From positions 1-64,000 of the forward strand of contig JALAGF010001133.1 in NCBI GenBank assembly GCA_030167865.1: 64,000 nt of DNA, written 5' to 3'. The translations under genes and the position numbers were made by a program. This document shows, one piece after another, positions 49,770 through 61,353 of this stretch. The DNA comes from Craspedostauros australis (taxonomy: Eukaryota). Position 1 is the first letter of the stretch. Every line of letters starts with the position of its first letter. The notes beneath the pieces are model-generated. The model was not told where the DNA came from. It saw only the letters and a list, made by a program, of their open reading frames with translations, and did not search any database.

Positions 49770-52700
49770 GAACGGGGAGGCAAAGACGGACAGAACAGGA
49801 TAGGACAGGATGGGCAACAACAGAGGCAGAGAGGCGGAACGAGACAGGCACACACGGCAATCGTTACACTCTTTGGGCGCCTCCGACCTGTCTGTCTGCC
49901 TCTCTTCCTCCGTTCGCGGTCCTCCACACTGCATGGCATCCACGCTCAATTTTCTCATTATATTTCCATTCCATCTCCTCCTCCTCAGACTTGCACAGCG
50001 TAGTACAATAGTGAAACTTCATATTCTATCACACTCTACTCTGCTCCACAGTTATATCTTGCCTGCGGGTGCGCCTTGTTTGTGGTCGCAGTTGCTCGAC
50101 AGCTCGTCAGAGAGCACAGAACAGCAATTTGTTCTGCAACTATGAGCATGAGTAGTTCGTATGGGTGTTGCACATCAGCCATCCTGACTCCATACAAGTA
50201 CGTATAACACCATGCGTGCCTGGCTTCTCCTGGAGGTCGCAGGTATAGAACCATACGCACGAGGGCTCTTGGGGTATAACAGCGGCAGGTATTCACAACA
50301 TCCACGACGCGGAAGGATATGTTTGCCATTCTCCAGTACGTACAATACGCAGCACACAATCGCGTGGCGACGGACCACCTCCTCCGACGGTGAAGGCCAC
50401 AGCGATGCGTGGTGGTGTGCGTACGTACGAGTACAAGATGATCACCAAGGGCAGTCACATGAGCGCAGTAATCATGGATTTGTCCCAAGGCGCTGACCAC
50501 AGGCGATCGCGTGGCTCCGAAGTACTCTGGTCGGTTTCGTCGCCACGCCCGGCTGCCATAATAGGCAGGCGTGTCCTACGAACAACCACCTCCCTCACCA
50601 CCTTTCCGAGACGCAGGGACGGATCGCCAAGCTCCTGCGTGATGCCCACAGCGGCTCCCACGCTCTCCCTCAAATCGGAAAATGGTCCTCCCTGCGACAC
50701 CAGAACAATCCGGCGGCCCCATGTTCGCACCAGATCCACCACAAGCAACAGGATTCTGGAGCACAAGACGCGTCGAAGCACGTTCTTCATCCTCGCCAGG
50801 CACGTACCTGCCTTTCGGTGTGGCCGCAGATCGCTTCCCCTGAATCCGCCACCCTCATCCACAAGGCGCACGCGTACCCGACTGATGTTTTTGGTTGGTT
50901 CCTCGTTTGGGTACTAGTACATTTCGGGCTGCGACATGTGAAGGTGGTGCACAGCCGCCAGAGTTCTGATCATCACGAACACGAGTGTCATCGGCGGGAA
51001 CACTCCCCTCGGACAAGATGTAAGAGGGGATGCAGCTTCGAGCCCTACTCGTGGGGGGCGGGACAGTGCGTTTCGGTTCCTCTTTACGTACAAGAATGGT
51101 ATAAGTATGCACTACTCCCTCCCGATTTGCACACAAACCACCATCAGAGATTGTGGTGGGGGAAGATCGGTTCTGTGACGTCGAAAGCACAAAGGGGCCT
51201 TGGGGCGATAGAGAGCCTTCGTTGTCCTCAAGGCTCGTATGTATGAGATGGTCCCGGTATCATTTGCTTGTGCTATGTGCAAAACACAACTGCCGCCACA
51301 TTTCTGTTGCCTCTTTGGGTGCCAGTCCAAAAGGCAGTGCAGCATGGGTAGATAGCGCATGCTTGCATGCACCACGGAGTAAGCATGATGCGCTCTGCAC
51401 AAACGAACACCAAGACTCCCCAAGGAAGAGAGCGCTGTGGCGGTTGCGACGGTGGAGACCGATCTTGACATCAAACGGCGAAGTTCTCGACGCTGTTTTG
51501 GGAATCGGTGTTGATTTCTTGTTGGTATCTTTGTTCGTTGGCGCGCTACGCAAGGCAGAGTAGAGAAGATAGGTTTCACAGAATCGTTCCCGAGTACCAT
51601 TGAATCGTGTGTTGCGTTCGCACGAACCGACGATCCACGACTAACGCGGTTTGTTGACGTGTGTGGAGAAAATCTGACGTCAGCAACATCACAAGAAACG
51701 AACACACACGATTCGAATTCGATCGTTGGAGCTGTTCTCACCCAAGACCAACTTGTCGGGACGAAGTCGCATGTGACATTAGTCTGACAGCGTGTATTGC
51801 GTGGGATTTGATCGATTTTTCTGGCGCAGAACACGACTGTCGTGCGACAATGCACAATGGGAGCGGGGCAGACAAGGCGCATTTGAGGGGGGCTGTTGGC
51901 GATGTGATGGTTCGACCACGATCATTCCTCCTTTTGGGGGTCGAGAAATGTCAACCACAATCCCTCTTGTCTGATAAAAAGACCGCGCCATTGGCACCGT
52001 GCCTCCGTGATGGTGCGCGAAGATGCACCAAAAGGAAACTTGCTGGGGGGGACATTTGGTACGCGCTCCGACCGACAAGTTCGACTGTGAGGCGAAAACA
52101 AAAGTTGTGTGCGTGTGCGCGTGGTGTCTGCGGTGCTGGCAGTCTTTGGTCTTGGTCTTGGCTTTGCGTTTGGTGAGAGCGAGTGCGTGGGTGAGCAAGG
52201 GGAGGGAGAGTGATTGATTGGTGGTTCACGTTCTTTTCTCTTCTCTCCCTCGCTCTCTCCGTCTCGCTGTCGCGTTGTCGTTGTGGCTGTTGCGGTTGTT
52301 GTGGTTTTTGTCACCGTCGTGGTTCTCGGTCTTTGTTTCCTCCTTGTTCTTGTGTGTCCCTCTGTGTCTCTTTCCGTTGCGTTGCTTTGTCTTCCTCCGT
52401 GTCTCTTAGTTGCTGAACCGCGCGGCGAGAGTGATGACGTGAGACAAGCATCCCAGAATCCAAAACGACAACACCACCAAGACAAGGCGGAGAGAAAAGG
52501 CACGCAGCGAAATCAATTTGATACGCAGAACGAGCTCCTCATCGCCATCGCCATTGCCATCACCATCGCTGTTGCCGCAACTTTCACTGCCATCACATCT
52601 CGGCAAGCGCAGCTGTCTGACCACCTCGGCATAGCAGCAAGAGCGACGATACAATACTCGTCGAGTAGCACGAATAGAGAAGCACAGAGTCTTGCACGAG

Positions 52701-53452
52701 CTACTTCACTCATCATCGAGGTCGTGCGAACACGTGAGGCAAAATCGCAGGCAAAGCAAGACCAAGGTGAATCGGTCTTTGGTCTTGTTCGTGGACATCG
52801 CAAGCAGCTCAAAAAGTCTTTTTCTTTGTCGCTGCATCAAAGCCCGCAGTATTGGAATCCGTGCAGCGATCACGGCCATCTCATCGCGCAGAACCCACAC
52901 CAAAACACGACCAAGAATACACAGCCTCCTCCACTCCGCACCAAGCAGCAAATCGCAAATAGCAAACACCAGGAGAACAGGGCAGACAGCCACACTCCAC
53001 ACTCCACACCAATACTCTCTAGAGGATCCGTACCATAGACAGTGCCAGGGAATTGCTCTCGGAGGGCAATCATTTGGAAAGCATCCAACAGCGACGACAA
53101 GTCCATCGTCACCCAACAGCAGCGGCGGCAAGAATAGCAAGAATAGCAGCAGCAGCAGCGAACAAAAGAAGCACGATCCATCGACAGAACTGCTCGGGCA
53201 ATCCCGCCAGTATCCACATCAACAACGACGGCTCTTGCACCGGGAGCGGAGACTTGCAATCACACACACTCGCGCCAACACAAACGCCAATACAAGCACA
53301 CACAAGCACATACAAACACATACATACTCTCTCTGCCTGTCTCCCTCTCTCCGCAGAGTAAGCTTGCTCTCTAGCATCCAACCGGCGCAATCAAAGGCAC
53401 AGAAAAGAGCAAGAACAAGAACAGGGCGAAGCAAAGGAAAGGAAAGGCAACC

Positions 53453-56300
53453 ATGGCGGCGAAGGAATCCGCACCAGCATCGCCGGACAACTGGTTCGTC
53501 TCCTCAATGACGAATCTGGTGGTCTCCGGCCGCAAAAAGAAGCACCACGTGCGCGCCATCTGCCAGTCGCTGGCGTTCGTGGCGCTCGTCGGCTCCTACA
53601 CAGTATACAACGTCTACAGCAGCTTGATGATGTCCCCGGAAGACGCGGCCATGGAGCGCCATCGCCGCCTCGACACCACCACGCTCTGCGAAGACATCGA
53701 CAAGGCCGATCCCAAGTGGATGTCGGCCTTCCACGCCGTTGGCGTCCTGTACATGTTCCTCGCCCTCGCCATCGTGTGTGACGAGTTCTTCGTGCCGGCG
53801 CTGGAGGAGATGTCGTCCTCGCGACGCCTCAACCTCAGCATGGACGTCGCCGGTGCCACGCTCATGGCTGCCGGCGGCTCCGCCCCAGAGCTATTCACCA
53901 ACGCCTTCGGAACCTTCCAGGAGTCGGAGATCGGCTTCGGTACCATCGTCGGCTCTGCCGTCTTCAACGTCCTCTTCGTCATCGCGGCGTGCTCCCTCAT
54001 GACCAAGGAGGTCCTCACCCTCACCTGGTGGCCGCTCTTCCGCGACTCCACCTACTACGCCATCGGCCTCGTCGTCCTCAGCGTCTTCACCGGCATCACC
54101 TCGCCCAACGAGATAGAAATGTGGGAGGCCATCGTTCTCCTCGTCATGTACGTCGGCTACATCCTCTTCATGTGGAAGAACGCCGACATTTACAAGGCCA
54201 TCACAGGCAAGGAACTCGAGTACCCCGACGAGGATGACAGCGACGGAGACAACGACGGAGACAACGGCGACGGCGACAACAAGGAGGAGGCCCACCCCAA
54301 CGGCGACCGCCCTCGCATGAAGAGACAGGGCTCCAAGGAGAGCGTCCTCAGCGGAGCCGGCGACGGCATCATCAACACCAACAACGCTCCCACCATGTCA
54401 TCGCACTTCCGCTGGCAGGGAACCTTCCGCGCCGGAATCCTCAAGCTGCTTCGCGACCCGGAATCATGGATCGAGACGGCCGGAGTGGGCATTGTGGCCC
54501 GAATTGCCGGCGACGCCGATCACGTCTTCCGACAAGTCGACATGGACGGCAACGGACACGTCGACCGAGAGGAATTGAAGCAGCTCTTCAACCTTCTGGA
54601 ATGCTACGTCACGCCCGACGAGCTGGAGGAAGTCTTCGATCAGCTCGATGAAGACAAGGACGGCACCGTAAGTCACGGCATCATGTCCTGCTCATTTTTA
54701 TGCCATGCTGCGCGCTGCTGTCGCTATGCTTTATTCTGCCCTGTGCTTGCTCCTCGTGTCGCTGCGTCTTTCCCCGAGCAGTATCATTACTTCGTCGGTT
54801 TACACCTGCGGGAGCGACGCGTTTCGAGTGCGAAGTGCCACAAAGACACAGGGCGCTTCGGAACGGCTGCTGCGCTTTCCATGCCAATCCCAGTGGTATT
54901 CCCGCCATTCATGGTTCTGGTTCCAATGCATTGTTGGAAATCTCGGCTGAGTCTCACCATTCCCCTCTTCCTTCTTCTTCTCTCGGCCACTTGTGCTCAA
55001 TCAACATCAATCACCACCGCCGCCAAACCATCACGCTCGACTGCGAACACGACTTGTGCAATTGCTCACCACGCACCGTCCCATCGAACGTCAACAAACG
55101 ACAGATCTGCCAATCCGAATTCACCCAGTGGTACTGCAAATCAGAGGAGCGCGTATTGTCACAAGTGAGACACGTTTTCGATTCCATCGATGAAGACAGC
55201 TCCAACACCATCGATGCAGACGAACTCAAAAAGCTTCTCGAAACGCTCGACCCCACCGTGCACGACGATGAGGTCGAGAAGGCCATGGAGGACATGTATC
55301 AGCACGGATCGAGACAGGAGATCACATTCGAGGAATTCAGCGAATGGTACAAGCATTCCGTCGTGTACGAGAGACAGATGAAGCGCGTCGAGGAAGACAT
55401 GGAAGGCGTGTGGGAAAGCCTCATGCCACCGAAGGAAGGATCGTGTTTGGCCTGGCTCCAATACCTCATCGTCCTGCCTCTCGTCGCAGTCATGACATTC
55501 ACAATTCCGGACGTGCAGAGACCAGGTTGGGGGAAGTGGTGCTACTTGTCGTTCGTCCTTTCTATCGTATGGATCGGCGTCTTCGCCTTCCTCATGGTCA
55601 CGTGGGCGGAAGTGATCGGCAACACCGCAGGCATTCCATCCGTCATCATGGGCCTCACCATCCTTGCCGCAGGCACATCCGTTCCAGACCTGCTCTCCAG
55701 CGTCATCGTCGCACGAAGAGGTTCCGGCGACATGGCGGTGTCCTCATCCGTCGGCAGCAACATCTTCGACATCCTGGTTGGCTTGCCGGTCCCTTGGATC
55801 GCGTACACTGCGTGGCCTAACGATGAGGACGTTGTCACGGTAAGTCCAAATCAATGCGTGTTTTCACTTTTGCCTGTGCGGGTGTGTGCCTGATTGTTCC
55901 TTGAATGTCATAATCCACCATTGCCGAACTCGCGTGCTCACCTTTTTTTCATCAACGACACTCACTCACTCAAATTTGTCCATTCATTTCATTGTCGGTA
56001 CTTCGCGATGCTATCATTCTCGTCTTCGTCATCACTTTGCATCGCCATTACAATCATCGCACTATACGCACGCACTACACACAGATCGAATCTGACAACA
56101 TCTTCATATCGCTATTCATCCTCTTGGGTATGCTCGTGTTCGTCATTGGAGCGGTCCATTGCCAAGGCTGGAAATTGACAAAGCAGCTCGGTGGCATCAT
56201 GCTGCTGTTCTACGTCGCCTTCCTCGTCCAGGCAGTCATACTCGAGCTGCCGTTCGAGACCTGCATAGACAGCACATCGAGCCCCACTGCATCACCATAA
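53453..56300 (+). CDS. K+-dependent Na+/Ca2+ exchanger (NCKX/SLC24 family) with EF-hands in the central loop, ~721 aa, 3 exons
   Basis: Exons 53453-54667, 55105-55839 and 56085-56300 (phase 0). Alpha-1 [18 protein letters not shown]...[10 protein letters not shown]; alpha-2 [13 protein letters not shown]...[12 protein letters not shown] loops [24 protein letters not shown] and [12 protein letters not shown]. Confidence 0.93.
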
Positions 56301-57377
56301 TGCAAAAAGAAAATCGGTTCGTACTGCGGGGGAAGAAGAACAATGATGGTACCCGACCATGCGTATATATACCTCTACATACGAGTACGCACGTGCCCGT
56401 AACATCATGCCTTACCTATCGCACGGGTACTAGAGACAGAGAGAGTAGAGACATCTCGAAGATCAACATGCATGTGTAACAATATAAATACCGGATCCTT
56501 TTTCATGCTGCGGATCGCACCCTGTAGGTGCCTTCTGTCGTTGCCGCTGCTGCTCGCCACGGTGGAGATATCTTTGCTTGAACTCTCTCCTATTCTATAT
56601 CCTCCATGCCAAGAGAGGGAGTAGCGAGTATGGTACCTACACTATTGACCAATTGATGAGACAACAAGGGAGATGGATGACTGAGCTTCCTCTCTCCCTG
56701 ACATGGACTCGCAAGCATGTTCAACAATCCAAACCCGAGCATGCCCAACAAGAATGAACGCGTCGGAACATGGCGCGAGCTCCCACCACCGGCGACCAGA
56801 CGTTTAGTCGGAGGAATCAACAGCCCATCAAAACGAAGTTGGGATCACGAAGGAACAGAACCAAGTTCACGAAACGTGCGAGGAATGCACACACGAAACA
56901 CAAAGCCAATGTTCTTCGTATCCATGATCGAATCGACCAAGTGCCGAAACACACACAGACGCCTCCTGTTTTTGACATCCATCTGGAGTTGGATCAACAC
57001 ACATCCCAACGACATCACAGTCAACATCCTACTCTCACTACGACTATACTACCCATACTATTACTTCTTCCACATCCATTGGCGGCCGACCCGTTCCCAT
57101 CAATTCTCCTCGTCGAGCGAAGGTGAAACGTGGTTCGAAACGTACCTCCATCATCGGCATCAGCCCAGTGCCGTCACAACACAGCACAGGATCGAACACT
57201 CGATCGCCCGGCATCTCATAAATCCTCATTGGATTCGGATCAAAGACTCATTCGGGAACATCCAATTTCGGTTGAATTCAAGTTCAAGTGATTTCTGTAG
57301 AGTAACACTGTTCGGCGCAACCCCAACACCAACACCAGCTTCAAGGAGACATCCAACACGTCAACACATCAACCACC

Positions 57378-60300
57378 ATGAGATTTACTATGAACGTCGT
57401 TATGATGGCGGTCATCGCCGCCGTTGCTAACTTGCATGCAGCAGATGCCTTCGTCCCAAGTTCACAGCTGCGATGCGCGACCAACCCGACCGTGCGACCA
57501 CCCTCCGCCTTCCTGCGATCCGCACCTGTCGCTTCGGCATCGTCCACGGACACCGATGCAGCAGCTGGGGTTGCAGAAGCCGAAACGCCCAACTACAATG
57601 CCGTCGAAGTCGCCAAGAAGGGCGGCCGCGGTGTGGCAACCTCCTCGGAGCAGGCGTTCCAGCAGAACCTCTCATTGGGTGCACCTCCGGCTCGTCCCAT
57701 GGGCGGCCACTTTTTGACCAAGGGCGGCGTGCAGGTCACCTCCCACATCGAACCACTGGAGTTCACCGAGCAGGGACAGGCTGGCCGACAGGCCACGACA
57801 GCCGCCTCGGCCGTCGAGCATCTCGTCGACGCGCTGGATCACCAACGCGGCGTGCTGCTGCAGTCGTCGTACGAATTCCCGGGACGGTACGCCCGCTGGT
57901 CGTTGGGATTCGTGGACCCGCCGCTGGAGGTGTCGGGCCGTGCCGATCGATGCACCATCCGGGCGTTGAACCAGCGTGGTAGGATACTCATGCCCGCTAT
58001 CCAACGCGCCATGGAGGCCCTCAAAGCGGAGGGGACGCTGTCCGCCGTGCAGGTCTTCGAGGATGCCAACGCAACGGGCGAACTTCCGCAGACGGTCAAG
58101 CTTGATCTCACCGTGGTGCCGCCGCCGGAGGTTGGAACGTTCAGCGAGGAAGAGCGGTCCAGGCAGGTGAGTTGTTGTCTTCTTTTTGCATTTTCAGAAG
58201 ATGTCGGGCATGACATCATGGAATGTATTGAAGTATAATTGTGTGTGTGCGAAACAAGCGCCAACTGATGTTCGCACATCATACTATACTGCATCTCACT
58301 CTGCTTCTTTCACGCATGTATCCACGCTATCTGTACGCCAACAACACTGATATCGCCAATCTTAATCATACTCAACACAATCACACGCAACGCAATGCAA
58401 TGCAAACAACTGGAATGCTTTGGGAATTACGTGCACTCTATCTTGAATCACTGCCTCATTCAATCTTGTCATCGCCATGCACATGCATATGCACATACAC
58501 ATACACATGCAAACGATACAATGCGCTGCGCAATATTTCGTCGCAACTTTTGGGGACGCATCGCAGCCATCTCTGTTCTCAGTCGTCCGGGCCTTGATTG
58601 ATCTGTTTTCTTACAACGACGGCGACGGGCAGCTTGGACTCTACGGTGCCTTCGGGTACGACTTGACATTTTCATTTGAGCGGATCAACCTTTCGCAGGA
58701 ACGCGATGACGAGCAGCGTGATTTGGTCCTGTACCTGCCGGATACCATCACGGTCGTCGACCAGAACAAGCATGACGCATGGACTGTGCATTACGAATTC
58801 TGTGTCGATCAAAAGAGCACGCAGGGTTTGGAGCGTGTTGGCGACAAGGCGCCGTTCGAAGCCTTCCAGGAAGGGCAGCCATTCTCACCTCGTGATACAC
58901 CGGAGAACGAATTCACCAACAGCGTGGAAAAGGCCAAGGGGGAGTTCAAGGTGGGCAACCTCTTCGAGGCGGTCCTCTCGCAGACATTCCGCGAAAAGCT
59001 CAACGACAAGACGCCGCCGTCCAAGGTCTTCCGCAGACTCCGCGCGCGCAACCCAGCACCTTACGGCTTCATGATCAACCTGGGCGAGCAGGAATACCTC
59101 GTGGGTGCCAGCCCTGAGATGTTCGTGAGATGCGAGACCACCGACAACAACAACTACCGCCCGGGCGCCATTCGTGTCGAGACGTGCCCTATCTCCGGTA
59201 CCGTCGCGAGAGGATCGGACGCCTTGGAGGATTCTCAGCGCGTAAAGAGCCTCATGATGAATGCCAAGGAGGAGAGCGAATTGACCATGTGCACGGACGT
59301 GGATCGCAACGACAAGTCGCGCATCTGTGAGCCTGGATCTGTGCAGGTCATCGGACGTCGTCAGATCGAGATGTACAGCCGGTTGATCCACACCGTCGAT
59401 CACGTCGAGGGATACTTGCGTCCTGAATTCGATGCGTTGGATGCATTCCTTTGCCACACCTGGGCAGTCACCGTGACGGGAGCGCCGAAGACCTGGGCGA
59501 TCCAGTTCGTCGAGGACAACGAGCGTTCTCAGCGTTGCTGGTACGGAGGAGCTGTGGGCATGGTCGGGTTCGATGGCGGCATGAACACTGGACTCACTCT
59601 GCGCACGGTCCGCATCAAGAACGGAGTTGCCGAGGTCCGTGCTGGAGCCACTTTGCTGTACGATTCCGACCCTGCGGCGGAGGAACAGGAGACCGAGCTG
59701 AAGGCCTCGGCCATGATCGATGCGTTGGTGCAGGCTGGTCCTGAGGACACGATCACGGTCGCCGACGGAGATATGCTGATGGTCCCAGACAGAGTCGGGA
59801 CCGGCATGGACATTGTTCTGGTAGATCACGAGGATTCCTTCGTTCACACTCTCGGCAACTACCTCCGTCAAACTGGCGCCAACGTCAAGACCCTGCGCAG
59901 CGGCCCGGCTACTCGCAAAACGTTGGAGGACATGGCGCTTGCGGGGAACGCACCTGACATGGTCGTCCTGTCGCCAGGACCAGGAAACCCATCAGACTTT
60001 GGACTTTCGGACACCATCGAGATCCTCGCCAAGTACAAGATTCCAGGATTCGGTGTCTGCCTGGGATTGCAGGGCATGGTAGAACACTTTGGCGGCAAGC
60101 TCGGAGTCTTGGGCTACCCGATGCACGGCAAGCCATCAACGATCAGTCTCACCGAAGCTGGCATGTCCGATGACAGGTAAGCAATCAAGCAAGAGTGATG
60201 TGAAGTAGAGTATGTACTCTGGTGGAGAAGACATGGTCAGCGAGTGACAGATTCGCTTCGCACGAACGCTCCGATGAATGTCATCACAGGCGAGCAAATG

Positions 60301-61047
60301 AATGAATGAACGAATGAGCGATCACACATGTGGCCGGTGTAATCAATGTGACCTGTGTGACATGTTCGATGTGTGTGTGATGCGTGTGTGATTTGTGTGA
60401 TACAGCTCTTACACACTGAACCTCCTTTCTCATACCTTTGCATCAAACGACAACTCACGTTGCTTATTTTCCTTGTTTCTCTTGATTCCGTATCCCGCAG
60501 CATCTTCGCGAGCCTCCCGCCATCCTTCGAGGTTGCCAGATACCACTCGTTGCACGGCATTCTCGATGAAATCCCGGACGAGCTCGAGGTTATCGCTCTG
60601 ACTGATGACAACATCGTCATGGGCATCCAACACAAGACCTTGCCGTTTGGGGCCGTCCAGTTCCACCCCGAGTCCATCCTGACGAATCCCGCTCATGGAA
60701 TGATCATTCTGGAGAACGCGCTGACGAAGCTCAAGCGTAAGGAAGAGAGCCTGGCATCCCCATCCGGGGCAGCGCTGGTCGCGCAATTCGAATTGCAAGC
60801 CACCGATGACCTCCGCCAGCAATGCGAAGAGGCTGGATTGGCAACGCGAGGTAGCAAGAGCGAACTGGTCGTCCGCCTGGCACTCTGGGCGCACAAGAGC
60901 GCGGAATATAATGCCGGGAGGCTCGACCTGGAATCCATGGCTGTACCTGACCTGCAGGAGTTGAAGCAGGGCCTGAGTTTGAAGGGCACCACTCAAAACC
61001 GCCAGGGTCTGCTGGATGTCTTGCAAGCATGTTTGCAAGCACCGTGA
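57378..61047 (+). CDS. trpE(G): Anthranilate synthase, fused alpha+beta (TrpE-TrpG), plastid-targeted, with C-terminal SAP-like extension, ~981 aa, 3 exons
   Basis: Exons 57378-58166, 58567-60176 and 60501-61047 (phases 0, 2). Signal ADA|FVPS. TrpE motifs SSYEFPGRYARW, NPAPY, GASPEMFVR, PISGT, ELTMCTDVDRNDK, TGAPK, WYGGAVG. TrpG motifs DHEDSF, SPGPG, GVCLGLQ, RYHSL, QFHPES. Confidence 0.95.
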
Positions 61048-61353
61048 GTGAAAAGCGCCTCCCTCGTTGATGGCGATGGCGATGGGTGGAAGATATCTCG
61101 ATGTTACTTCATGCGCGGACGTGTGAACTCGATTAGACGAATTTAATTTAGCGGAAGCTCGTGGATGCCTCAATCATGCCATTCTCGTACGAGCCTCAAC
61201 GAAGAAAATTGATCTCAAGTGCATCCTCTTCTTTTCTCTCTCTCTCTCTCTCTCTCTCTGGAGAGAGCGCGAGGCATCAAAAACATGATTCTACTTTCCT
61301 TTGATGCGCCGATTCTTACCATGAAGCTCTGTCCCATACAGTCCAAAGAGCTG

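Noticed and set aside
50390-53450. ORFs of 140-274 aa upstream of NCKX
   Set aside because: Low-complexity promoter/5' UTR-like sequence with no domain signal.
56590-56820. 76-aa minus-strand ORF with a hydrophobic stretch
   Set aside because: Too short and unsupported. It may be a gene relic but cannot be called.
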